From assembly GCF_018977255.1 (NCBI RefSeq), contig NW_024704742.1, positions 19,284,001-19,348,000 of the forward strand: a DNA stretch of 64,000 nucleotides. The letters are read 5' to 3'. Numbering within the stretch: position 1 is the first letter of the stretch; each line of letters begins with the position of its first letter. The notes under the pieces were generated by a model. The model had not been told where the DNA came from and made no database searches. It was given only the letters and a program-made list of their open reading frames with translations. Shown one piece after another: positions 38,751 through 51,455 of the stretch. Origin of the DNA: Callorhinchus milii (taxonomy: Eukaryota). The position numbers were made by a program, and so were the translations under genes.

Positions 38751-39527
38751 CCATACCCTAATGCACACTTTGCCAACAACAAGTCACAATGCTTGTTTTT
38801 ACCTTAGGAATCAACTAAACCACAGCCCCAAGCACTATGGACACCAAAGATTCATAAACCCAACCCCAGCAACTACACCACTGAAATTATAGTGGTCATC
38901 AAAGCGATTGCTTCTTGCCTATACATGTAAAGTTAAAGCAGCTATTATTCATTTTAGTATTAGTAATATTTCTGGAAACGTTTGATAACTTACATTGGTT
39001 GGTCATCACATAAATACAACAGAGCACAGGTTGGGCGTAATACACCACATATGCAACAAACAATTCAACCATATTTAGCTCATAACTATCTATCAAAGTT
39101 TATGCAGTCGGTTCCATTAGGATAACAGGATCCATCTGGTGCCCTCTGCTTTGAATGAGGAAGTGTTCTGTTTACCCTGTACTGTACATTTTAAAAATGC
39201 TATTTTAAGGTATTTTAAATAGGATACAAGAATCAGAAATGTAGTATCTAGTATTTGCTTAGATTTTTTTAAGAAAATACTGAAAGCTGGAAGCGACTTG
39301 TCCGAGATCTGGCTGAGAAATATTTGTGCATGAAGGGGAATAAAGCATATCTTATCTCTCTTGCGGATCATGTTTATAGGAGAGAAAGCTTTTTTCTGCC
39401 AATGACAATAACTCACCACAAAGATCTTTACTTCCAAAGCATTACCGGGTGGAGTAGGGTTTTCAGTAGAGACTAAGGGGTGGAAATTCATAGTATTTTT
39501 TGCAATGGGGAGAGAGCATCAGCACAA

Positions 39528-40150
39528 TAAAAGTTTATATCACAGAAGGTCATTCAGCCCATTGTGTGTGTGCCTGTTTCCTCAAAAGTAATCCTTTCAG
39601 TCCTTTCTCCATACACGTGTAGCTGACTCTTTTGAAAGTATTTATCTAGTTCCCTATTTTCCCCCACAAAATGTACAGCCAATTCAATTTACAGGATATT
39701 CTGTGAAGCACCTTGAGATGTCTTGTAGACGTGATAAGGAGCTACATCAAATACAAGGATCATTTTGAAGGCCAATATAGATTTTGCTTCAACCACCGCA
39801 CCCAGCAGGACATTCCATATCGTAACTAGCGAGTGTGTGAAAAAAAATCATAAACTCCCTATTTGCTTGTTTACTAACTATCTTAAATTGATGCTCTCTA
39901 GTGAAGGGCATTACTGACCAATGGAAAAAAATTCTCCCCATTGTCTCTATCAAAATCCATCATAATTTTAAAGATCTCTATCATGTCATCCTTTCTTTAT
40001 TCCAGCCAAACGAGTCTCAGATCCTCTAGTCTCCACTCATAGGCCAAACCATTCATCCCTGATACAATCTTCGTAAATCTCCTCTTCATCCTCTCTATCG
40101 ACTTGACATCTTTCCTAAAGTGGGATGACCAATACTGGACCCAATATCGA
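39528..40150 (-). mobile_element. Degraded CR1 3' region with a SINE tail inserted at about 39660-39765
   Basis: CACAGAAGGTCATTCAGCCCA tail; CATAATTTTAAAGATCTCTATCA and GACCAATACTGGACCCAATA are antisense CR1 motifs. Confidence 0.75.
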
Positions 40151-41254
40151 ATTACCTCATCACAAGAGGTAAGATTAAAAGTATGAACACCTCATCAGAA
40201 ACCTAGACTCAGCTTCCAACATTGCTTCGCAGTGGAGACTCACTACACATCGTTCCAATAGCTAAAAAATGTTTTGGTCACCCGGGTGTCTAACACATTT
40301 GGAAACCCGTGTCAGACTCCTGACTGACCAAAAAATATTTGTGGTTTTTTTCCAACAGCTAAACCATCCTGACAATTAAAATTATATTGTAAAGTTTGCA
40401 TATTTGTGTTTTGTTCTGTTGCTGTATATTTCATACATGACTGTATTGCTAAAAATATATACATGAAGTAGAAATACAAATGTAGTTCAAGCAAATCCTC
40501 GATGTTACATTTCTGGAATGCAATCTTCACTGCATTATTGAAAATATAGTATATCCAGTGAGCTCATCAAACCTCTCCTGGATTGGACTTTATTTTATGT
40601 CCGATCAGTTGTAATAACTGCAGTGTGCTTACAAATTTGAAGTTGTCCTCTGACCCTGTCAGTCTCCCTTTCAAAGCAAGGCAGGCATAACATTCCCAAT
40701 GGAGTCTTATTTGTGGGTAGAGATAGCAAATCATGTGAAAAATTTGAAAATTGGGTTAACAATGTGTAAATAACCAAAAATGTGGACAAAAGCTTTCAGT
40801 ACTTAGAAACATATAAATCTATAGCACAGAAGGAAGCAATTTGACCCATCAAATCCATATCAGCTCCAGAGCAATTATTAACAGTCTTCACTCCCCCCCA
40901 TGTCCAGTCGCTCCCTTCAATTTCTGGTACAATGGTTGGGCCTGAATCAGCTCATAAACATGTCTTTATTACAAAGAGGTTTTGCAGTCACCTGATAATT
41001 CCTTAACAATGGAGGGAGCTTGGGCAAAGATGGATATATTGAGATATCATCTCCTTATAGATTCCTATCTGGAATCAAATGTTTTCAGAACATCTACGTT
41101 CGATTGGTCATTTGTTTTCAGGGCATTTTTGATTGAATTTTTCTTGATTTATAGCATATATCAAGAAATATTCAATCAAGAAAATGTATTTACCATGTAG
41201 GTTGGCCACCACTGACTTAGGGATAATGTTTCAGGGGACTTTACAAGGCCTGGA

Positions 41255-41512
41255 TGAGACGCACACTCTGGGGTCTCCAAGCCTTAGCTCTTACCAACCT
41301 GTGTATAATACTTTCCAGAATTAATTAAGCAGAATGTATCCCTCCAGTGAGAGAGTGCACATTCCATTCCAACAATCCATCTCGGGGATTTCCATGTGTA
41401 GGTGGGATGCATGGAAATCTCAGCTTGGTTTGGATACTCTTAAGCATGGTGATGGGTTTCTGCATGTGTCAGACACTCGGTTGACCAAAAAGGAATAAAT
41501 AAATGAAATAAA
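41255..41512 (+). mobile_element. Family X 3' end with stem-loops and A-rich tail
   Basis: GATTTCCATG...CATGGAAATC hairpin, GTCAGACACTCGGTTGAC terminal stem-loop, then AAAAAGGAATAAATAAATGAAATAAA. Confidence 0.8.
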
Positions 41513-42501
41513 GTTAGTGACTTTACAATTCTTGTGGCAAGGACATGATATTCTCCAATGTTTGTCCACATACTATAATATAATATTCTTGCCCGTCAAG
41601 CTCTGTCAAATTGCTGAACTTTGATGAGTCACCCCGTGTAAGTGAGTGATGAGCAGTTTATGAACCATATAGGCAGCGGGTGTAAGAGACTTCAGAGAGG
41701 CATCTAATTTGCAGTATTTTTTAATAGGATATCTTAATAAGAATTCCTATTGGAATTGCCACCGAATCACAGGAAGTCTACTCCGGAAATGGATTGCACT
41801 GGACAGGAAATCCCAAGAGAAGTCCTGTATTTCCAGTTGCCAGAAGGTTTCACCATTTGTAAGATTCTTAAGGAACCCAATTAAGATGTATTGCAAATGT
41901 AACTCATGGCATTAGGCTGGAATGGAATTCTGGTCCTTGGAATAAATTCTGAATCATTTCACTGCCAAGTCTCCCTTCGGATCCTATCTGCTGGTGTATA
42001 TAAAACACTCAAGGTTTGCTCTCGCTATTTATAACATTGTAAATGTCCATTTGAATGATCATCTTTTGCCATTTATTATCTAGATTCATTGCTTCCAGGA
42101 GACTGCTATTCCAAAGGAATTACTCTTATATATGAAAAGATAATTCATTCGATGCACGATTGAAAAGCAGCCTTAGGAGTACTGATATGTCGGACTATAA
42201 AATATGCATTCAGAGTCTCCTCATCTGCCTGATAGTAGTCTGGATAGTGATCAGGATCCCTCCTGCACTAGCGTCTCTCTAATAGGCTCTACTCTAAAGG
42301 CCGATTGATCAGTCAATGATCAAATAACTTTGAAGTTGTAGTTTGGTAAACACTTTTTGAAGATTTCGTAATTTGTAAAAAAAATTCAGCAAAGATATCT
42401 CTGAGCAAAACCTGTCAATGTAATAAGGGAAATTGAATATTCTCTACGCTTGTCTCACATAGGTCATGTTTTAGCTCCTACTTCAAGCATTGCCCCACAT
42501 T

Positions 42502-42610
42502 AGGTCAGCATGGCACCCAGGTCAGGTGGCTCCTGCATCAGGATGGTACCCAGATCAGGTGGTACCCAGGACAGGCATGGCACCCAGATCTAGTATATAA
42601 TCCAGGTCAG
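42502..42610. repeat. Degenerate minisatellite, about 6-7 units of 15-17 bp (CAGGTCAGGTGGCACC-like)
   Basis: Visible tandem units. Confidence 0.8.
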
Positions 42611-45600
42611 ATAATTATTGCTTATCTACCAAAAGACAAGGCAATAGAAATGAGACGAAAATGTAGAAATCTTTGTCGGCATCTGCAAAATGCAAACCAA
42701 ACTGACTTTTGCATCGTGGAAAATGTTTTGGTCAGAATTATCGTGGTTTTTCATTGCCAGCTGAGCACCAGTGCTGTTGGAGGAAATGATTCCCTTTCTG
42801 TTTGTTGCATAATCCTTCATATTGTCTGTGCTGTTTATAATGTGACTGAGAGAGCAATGCTGTCAGGAAGAAGACATTTAGAATATGACTTATTTCTTCC
42901 AAGACAAAAATGCCTTCAAGCTGAACTGTCTTTGTAAACTCTGAACTCAAGATTTTTGTAACTTTTTCGAAACAAAATGCTAACGATTGATCAGAATGGT
43001 TTCAATGGTACGAAGCATTGAATGTTACGGGTGGAAATAATCAGAAAAAGGAAGTTTTGCCACTGGAAAGTTAACTTCCCTTCATAATAACAGATACGTC
43101 AACCAGTTTCCTTTTCCAAACTGCCAGATGGAAATATTAACATTTTTTTCCTTTCTTGAAACACAGGTCAACATATATGATAAGATAATGAGTTCTGGGC
43201 AACAATTAAACACACTAAGGCTCTTCAGTCTTGAGAGAATGAGACTTCATAGAGATGCACCTCATAGAAGGAGCCTCATAGCGATGCATAAAATATTAAA
43301 TATTTGACCCAGGTCAAAAGATAATACCCAGATAGTAGAACAATGGGTTATTGGATGGGCCAAAGAGCTTTCTTAATCCAGACCAATCTTGTGATCTTGT
43401 GGTTTAATTCACATCAATGGCACCAACAATGCTTGAATTGAAATTAGTGACCTTATAATATTTAACCTTGACCGATCGCCAAGACAACTGGAGGTAAACT
43501 CCCCCGATTCCCAACACCATTCTCCATGGCCTGTTGCCTATTGAACCTGACTAAGTGAAGATAAACACCAAATGAATTAAAGGGGAGATGTAAAAAAATA
43601 TACAAATGAATTAATGGTTGGAATGTGGAATTCTCTGTCACTAACATTTTTGTAGCAGAGTATACAAATTTGTTTAGAAGGGAATTGAATAAGATGTTTA
43701 AAGAGGAAGAAAAATAGAATATAGCGTCCAAGCAGAGGAATGGGATGAGATTAAGTGATTTATCTCGTGTAAACACCATCACAGTCTTGAAGGGCAAAAT
43801 TGACTACTTCTCTGCTGCAATATTCTGACACTATGGCTTGCTCTCTTCTAAGTCTTAATCCATATAATTTGTTTCTCCTTCAATGTCACATTCCTGTACC
43901 TTATGGGTGGCCGAGCCCCTAGGCTCTGTACTATATAAACTACTCTTCCCCAAAACCTTCTAAGGAAGCATACAGGTTGATGTGCTTTCTTAACCTTTGT
44001 ATGTATATTGTAGAGTATTAAGTTCTGTCCTGAGTCCAATTCAGTTTCCTTGATACATTTCATTTCAGGAAATAAAACATCAACTCCTCTCTGATTTATG
44101 CTAGCAGAAACTGGGTAAAATAATAGCTTAAGAAAGTGAAGCGCACAGGCTTTTAAGAGTCACCGGTAAATAAAATAAATATCAGCAGGTGCTAAATGCT
44201 AACGCTAGCATTAAGTTATATTTCATTGAAAAAGCACCTTGTTGCTATGATGAAGAGATGATAGGATGGGTGTTCTGGATGGTTGAGATCAGATGGACTG
44301 AAGGGCCTTCTTCATCCAGCACAAATCATGTGATCTTGGGATCTTTTGGTATTAATAATGAAATTTCATTAGAAACACACATCAAAAAGATTCAGCTACA
44401 AATATATTTTGTAGAAAAATCTTGTGAAGTGCTTTGAAATGTCTTGACAATGTGTTTGATTCTACATCAAAAACAAGGATTCTTATAATAATATTTATCA
44501 TTGGTATGTGATGTATCCCATGATATGCATGATAATTAGGGGAGAATTTCACCTGGTCTAGATTTATTCTATTTATGCAACATTTCAGCACATTCAATAT
44601 TAGATAAATTCTTAAATATACCCTTTTGAATTGTTTTTCTATAAATTCTTTTAACATACTACTGAAAGCCATCTTCAGATTAAGACTGAATTCAACAATT
44701 TTCCACATCTGCTTGCTCTAACTAAAATGTTACGTTAATTGAGTGAATCAGGTAGAATTTTACTTATCCCTGATGATATGTTGATAACATAACTTTATGT
44801 TATCAGCACCTACTGAAACATATACTTAAAAAATTAAAATGTTATGTAGTTCATGTCAGCAGTACCAAAATAAATCCTATGCCAAATTACACCTACATGT
44901 GGGCACAATAGTTTTCACTTGCACCAAATACAAATACCATATTTAATTTTTACCAATAGCAATTTGAATAAGGATGTTCCTGAGGTCAGTACTCATTAAA
45001 TCAGCTTTTATATTTGCCTTAATGCAACTCATGGAAAAATGGAAAGTTTTCACTGCTGGATTTGGAAAAACCTTTCACATAGTCGGAGGTTCGATTGCCT
45101 CTACGTAGCAGAGATGCGTATAAAAAGTGATTGTACCAGATCCATCTGACCTTTTAAAGTTTTGTATAAAATACTTTCGTCTGCAAGATACTCAATCACT
45201 TTACAGTAAATCCTATGAAGCACTTTCAGATGTCTCGAAGTCATAACAAGACGTCAAATCAAATGCATGGATTTTTAATATTATGAGTATGTGAACATCT
45301 CCCATCATTACGTAGGTAACACAATGATGCTCTTGGATTAAAACTCCTAATATAGAGTTGCCAACTTGTTTCAATAACCTATATCAGCAAGCCAAATATA
45401 TACAGTACAATTCCCTTCATGCCCTAGCACCTCTCTGACCTACTTGAACTCTACTCTTCTCTTTGACCCCTTCATTCTGCAGACACAGAACTGATGCGAA
45501 TCCCCCAACCACTCTGTACCATCTTCGCACATAGAGCTACTACACTCCTAACTTCTGCAACTCTCTCCCTCAATCCCTCGAGCTTGCCCCTCTTTATATA

Positions 45601-45896
45601 TCCTTAAATCCCACCTTTGATTACATCTGTGGTCGCCTCCCCTCTACCTTCTCCCTTGCTCAGCATCTAACCCCACATTGAACAGCGCTCTGAGACACTC
45701 TCCTTCATGAAGGATGTTAAACAAATGCAAGATGTTGTTGTATTAATTATATAAAGTTGGCTCCCTGTGTTTCTGTTCACCGGTGAGCAGTTAGCTGATC
45801 AAGGCGAGCGACTCAGAAGCTGGGGGAATCTATGCCTTACCTGATTACAGATAAATTGCAGTTCAGGAACAGGGATGCTGATTTAGCAGTAGGAAC

Positions 45897-45971
45897 AAAT
45901 TTGCAACGATTCTTCAATCATTCCTTGAACTAATTAATAATAGGAATGGTTGAAGAAGTTGCCGCAAATTT
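45897..45971. repeat. 75-nt imperfect hairpin
   Basis: AAATTTGCAACGATTCTTCAATCATTCCT versus AGGAATGGTTGAAGAAGTTGCCGCAAATTT, 16-nt loop. Confidence 0.85.
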
Positions 45972-48900
45972 TACCCCATACTTTCGCAACTCTTTTACCA
46001 AAATAATCGGGGAGAATGCAGGAAAAATTTTGTTCACAAACTGTGGTCACTTGGCAAGACATGGACTCAGATTTGGCTGGAGGGAAGGACCCAAAGGATC
46101 CTTGTCAGGGGTGCTAGGTCAAAATGGGGAGAGGTATTAAGACAGGTACTTCAGGGGTCTCTGCTAACTGGAATCCTACTGTTCCTTTTATATGCTACTT
46201 TGTGTGCTATTCAAAAGCTTCTCCTGACAGCCACTGTCATTATACTTGGAGTTTATAAAGCTTGGGAACTTTAAGGTTGCACTGCAAAAGTGATGGTTTA
46301 ATGTTTGTTGCAGATGTTGTCTGTTTGAATGATTTACAATCAAGCTCTCCACAATCCCAGAAAAGGTTTGTGTGTATGCCAAAGGAAACATGTCTCTGGC
46401 ACAGACTTACTGTGTATACCTTCTTTACAGATATCTCATAGGCATTCTGCTGCAATAAATAGTCACTGCGGCAACTGGTGCCTGAGCTGGAAACCAGAGC
46501 TTGTCTGAACACTCAACAAAAGTGCTCAATCACAGTCACAAAACAATAGTTTAATTTTGTGACTAAATTGCTTTTCCTTTGCGGAAAAAGCTATTTTCCT
46601 CCCATTAACAAAATTGTTACATAAGCAAATCTCCCAACGTATATATTTTCTGCTTCAATATGTTCCTTCAGCAATAAGATTTTTTGTGCTAAAAATAGGA
46701 AGGAGGCTTCCCTGAGGACAAAGGCATGTCTTTCTCTCTGGGATTTCCTATTATAAAGTCACACTAAAGCCAAGGTTATTTTTTAGCAATTAACATGAAG
46801 CAGACTTCCACTGTGTCTCTCCATTTCTTTCCCTTTTTTCTTTCACAAAATAGTATTTCATATGGAATAATAATACTGCGCAACTATAAGAGATCTGTGC
46901 TCCTTCTGACCAGGGAAATAACAGTGCAGTCTGCATAGAGAAATTCCAAGATACAAAATTGCTTTCAGCTACACAGTGCATTTTGAAGTACCTGCATCTG
47001 ATCTATTGTGGTGGGCAATAATTAAAATGTATTAAAATTATGATATTATGTCCTAGAACGAGTAGCTAGACAGAGTGAAGTGAAATATATACAGTTTATG
47101 CAGAACTTCCATATAATACTACTAATAATAATCCTTGTATTTGACATAGCGCCTTATCACGTCATTGAGACTCCCAAAGTGCTTCACAGAATATATTGTA
47201 AAGTGAATTGACTGTATATTTTGTGCATGAAATGCAGCCTCCAATTGCGCACAGCGGAAGTAAAGAAATATGTGATAAACCGCTATATCAAATGCAAGGA
47301 CTTCCTGGTATCTATCCTGATATTGCCCTTTGAATCCTTGAACCTCTGTCCTCTTGTTCTGCTGCCTTGGCATCTGTGAAAGTAGTGTTGCTCTTAATAC
47401 ATCAGTGTGACATTTTCCATTTACCACACCAGCTGTGTGCCTTTCTGAATGAAATTGCCAGAATGAAACCAATTTGTGCTTGTAACACACGAGCCCATGT
47501 CCAGGACTTGGTCAAGAAGTTCCAGCTTAGTCATTTCAGTTTTCCTATTTCCTGTCCACCATTCTGGGGTATGCATTTTCTAGTTGAGAGAGGTTCAAAC
47601 ATTTAAGACATAATTACAACCCAAAGAACCCTTGATTTCTACATTACAGTGGGAGGCCATTGGGGCACCCTATTGATATAATAATAATAGTCCTTGCATT
47701 TGATATAGCATTTTATCACATCTTCGAGACGTCTCAAAGCGCTTCACAGAATATACTGTAAAGTGAATTGACTATAATTTGTGGGCAAAATTCCACAAAA
47801 TGCTATAAGTGCTTCAGCCTCCAATAAAACCATCTGTCCTTATCTGAATTGCATGTCCTTTCTCCATACCCTCTAATGCCCTTCTTCAGCATGTGCTTTT
47901 CCAATTCCCTTTTAACCCACCAATCGATCCTTTTCTGTCCCATGATAAATCATTCTATATTCTGCTAACCCACTGGCAGAAAGAAATCCTTCCTTAACTT
48001 TCCCTTCCCCTTCATCTCACAATGCTCTGGGATGTTGCCCTGCGTGAGGGACGCTATATAAATGCAAGTTGTTATTGTACTTATAATCTTAAATTCCCTG
48101 AATCTTTTCTGCCATATATCATCCACTAATATCTCACAACAAAGGTTTTGTGCGTGTCCTCAAATAGAATACATTTGGACTTTGATGATATCGGTTTTTA
48201 TTTTTAAGGCAGTCAGCTGCATCGAGTGAAAAGATATCCAGGAGGTAAGCTTATTGACATGAACGAACGTTCTCCAGACATTGAATGGAAAGTTGGAATG
48301 CAGCAGAATGCATGGAGTAAACCTCTGATGATGTATTTGCAGAGAATGTCATATTAACTACACTTGTAAAACAAACACCAGCGTGCTCTATTAATACCAC
48401 TCGTGTGATCTGAGGAGCGCACATTTATATCCAGTGGTTTACGTTTCTGTCTAAGCTGTTGGATCAGGGCTGATGCACATCTCCCGCTGGTGTATGTGCT
48501 ACATTCATCACCACATCTCAAACAGCAGAATGCCAGAATAATAAATAATAAATTAATAATCCTTGCAGTTGTTATTTAGTGCGTCATGAGGACGTCAGCC
48601 TATGTGAGGTCAAAAACTTTCACTGTGACTCACTAGTTTATAAATTGCATTACATTGGTCCCAGACGCCTCTTGAATTATATCATATCACCTCCAAGATT
48701 CATTCCAACCCATTGACTTTGATTCAAACCACCCAACCTTGTTGCTGCAGAATATGGACATTATCCATTTTGTAACTACAGGCAGAGCACAGCAGAGCTT
48801 TATAACCAGATATAATAATAATAATAAACTATACATTCGATATAGCGCCTTTCACATTGGGAGAACATCCCAAAAGCACAGGATATACTGTGTAACTGGA

Positions 48901-49239
48901 GGGGAGAGACTGTATGATTTATGGGTGAACACACAATGACCCAGTAGTACAAACAAAAAATGTTACAAACAAAATTGCAACCCCTGAATTTTTTTCAAAA
49001 TCCCTCTTAGAAGTCATAAAGCTCCCCAATGTGCCAAGTGAAAGGTAATAGCTATTACAAAGAATATTTGTGGGTCATTGCTATGAGTAAATTGGCTACC
49101 ATGTTCACAACAGCAATAACAAATTGCGTTTGTATAGCACTTTTCACATCAGGAGGAAATCCCAAGGCACTGGACAGTGTAGGGTTTGAAACCGAGCTGG
49201 GGCTTGGAATCAAAAGGGGTGGAGGGCCCAGTTCTTTAA

Positions 49240-49435
49240 AAGACTTGGTGTCAAACAGGACACCAAGATTCCATACTGACTCAGTGAGGTGAAGTGTGCA
49301 TCCATGAATAGTGATCCTGTCAGCGTCTGGGGTGAGGGGAAACTGAAGGGAACCAAGCAGGAGGGCCTCAGTCTCGACATTCAACTGGAGAAAATTGGCT
49401 CTCATCTAAGACTTGATGTCTGACAGACACTCCTT
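49240..49435 (-). mobile_element. L2 RT fragment
   Basis: MRANFLQLNVETEALLLGS...VWNLGVLFD. Confidence 0.85.
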
Positions 49436-50282
49436 CACCTACAAACTACACAGTCACTACACTTTACAGTAAATCCTGTCAAGTGCTTTCAGACCTTTTG
49501 ACAAAGCAATAAGGCTTTATATTGAATGCAAATAAAATTGTTTTATTTTTATTATCACTACCCTCCCATAAACTCACGGAATCACTCGGTGAACAAGCTC
49601 TACGTGCAGATACGTCCCCATATCCTTTCTCCTGTTAAAAGTAAGACTTTTTGCCAGGTGAGCCATCCTACACCCAGGCTGAATGGCCTCATTCTGTGCG
49701 GTGAAATATGACATGAACAATGACAATAACAGATAAACCAAATTGTGTACGATCTTGTGGAGAAAACATACACAGTGTGTGATGTGTCTGCATTACTGGT
49801 GATAATTATAACGCAGACCACAATCTCCCCTCTCCCCCTCCCCCACTGTTGGATTTAAAAATGCCATGTAATCTATAATATTCCTCAACTGAAACAGCAT
49901 GCAAATTTTGTACAACTCTCATTTGAATAACTTTTTGAATAAGTATCAAGAGTATTTTAAGATGAATTAATGTTGAATGCTAATGTAATGGGATACTTTA
50001 TCTGCTGTATATTAAACTATTTTACAGATTTGTTTGATGATGATAATAATGATAATAATAAAAACATCAGGAAGGAAACTAGACACAACAAAGTTACAAG
50101 TTGGAAGCTTTGCAGAACCATAGATATTTATAGAACAGAAGAAGTCCATTCAGTCTATGCTGACTCTTTTGAAGAGCAATCCTTTCAGTTCTATTTACTT
50201 GTCTTTTCTCCATTCCCCATGTCTCCTTAACCCCAGGTTCCTAGATATAACAAGGCAGACAAGGCAGAAAGCAGACAGAGAA

Positions 50283-50530
50283 ACAACAACAAACTGCATT
50301 TACATAGCGCCCGACACCGAGCTAGGGAAAGAGGGGAGGTGACCACAAATACAGTCAAAGAAGTGCAATCTGAAGATGGGAGAGTGGGAGCAAGGAGGAG
50401 GGATTGAGACAGGGAGTTCCAGAGTTTCCGGGCTGAAAGCACTGTCGCCAATGGTGGAGCAGAGGAGACGAGGGACATGCAGAAGGTCAGAGAGAGCAGA
50501 CGGAATATAGGGCAGACAGAACAGACTGAG
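50283..50530 (-). mobile_element. Degraded L2 3' fragment
   Basis: (CAA)n tail and LWNSL homology. Confidence 0.75.
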
Positions 50531-51094
50531 TGGACGGTACAGACAGCTGGAGTTCCAGCATTGAGATTTCTCTTGCAAAGCAACTATCTTTTTATTCTGT
50601 ATTTCCCCACTTTCCATCAGAATATTCAGTCTAGGTAAAGGAACAGGATATTTGCTGAATAACAAAATATCTATTTTTATTGAAAACCGTTTTGAAGTCC
50701 ACGTAGAAACAGGAGTAGCCAGTATTCTGTGAGTTCTTTTTAATAACCATGGAAAAACAACTTCAAAGTTAAGACTAAAATAATAATCTATGCATTTGAT
50801 ATAGTAACATCACATCGTCCAAAAGTCTCAAAGTGCTCCACAGGATTTACTATAAAGTATACTAGGTAAACAAATTCAACCTACTTAACAAGTTCAGCCA
50901 GTTTATTACATCATGGTAGCTCTTTTAATCTATTTCCCCACATTTTCCCATACCCTTGAATAGCCTTATTTCTTCAAGTGCCCATCTATTTCCCTTTTAA
51001 ACTTCACAATCGATTCTGCCTCTACAGCTTTCTGGGACAGTACCTTCCATATATTCACAACCCTCTTTGTGAAGCTATTGATTTTTATCTCACT

Positions 51095-51455
51095 TCTAAA
51101 TGTCCTAACTCAAGCTTGCTACATGTCCCCTGCCCTCTCCACACCACCAACAGTGGTGGAGCCTTCAGTTTCTATGCAGGTAACCTCTGGAACTCTCTAC
51201 CTCTACCACTCCATCTCACCCTCTCTTTTTCAGTCCATAAGTCATGCCTCAAATACTACCTCTTTATGTTCAACGCTGAAGGTCACAGCCCCCCATCCCA
51301 CCCCTCCTTTGCTTGACAGCCATCCCCATCCCTGTAAAGCAGACTGAGACAACAACAAACAACAACAAAATTACATTTATAGAGCGCCTTTCATGTCGGG
51401 AGGACGTCCCAAGGCGCTGAAAGGTCACTGAGACGTTGTATAAATGCAAATTCTT
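51095..51455 (+). mobile_element. Degraded L2 3' fragment with an antisense L2 tail inserted at about 51348-51420
   Basis: GGAFSFYAGNLWNSLP; embedded CAACAACAAAATTACATTTATAGAGCGCC. Confidence 0.7.

Noticed and set aside
42502..42610. CRISPR-like array
   Set aside because: The tandem units have no unique spacers, the context is eukaryotic and no cas genes are present.
41700..42950. Endogenous viral or coding fragment
   Set aside because: The frames I translated hit frequent stops and show no recognisable motif.
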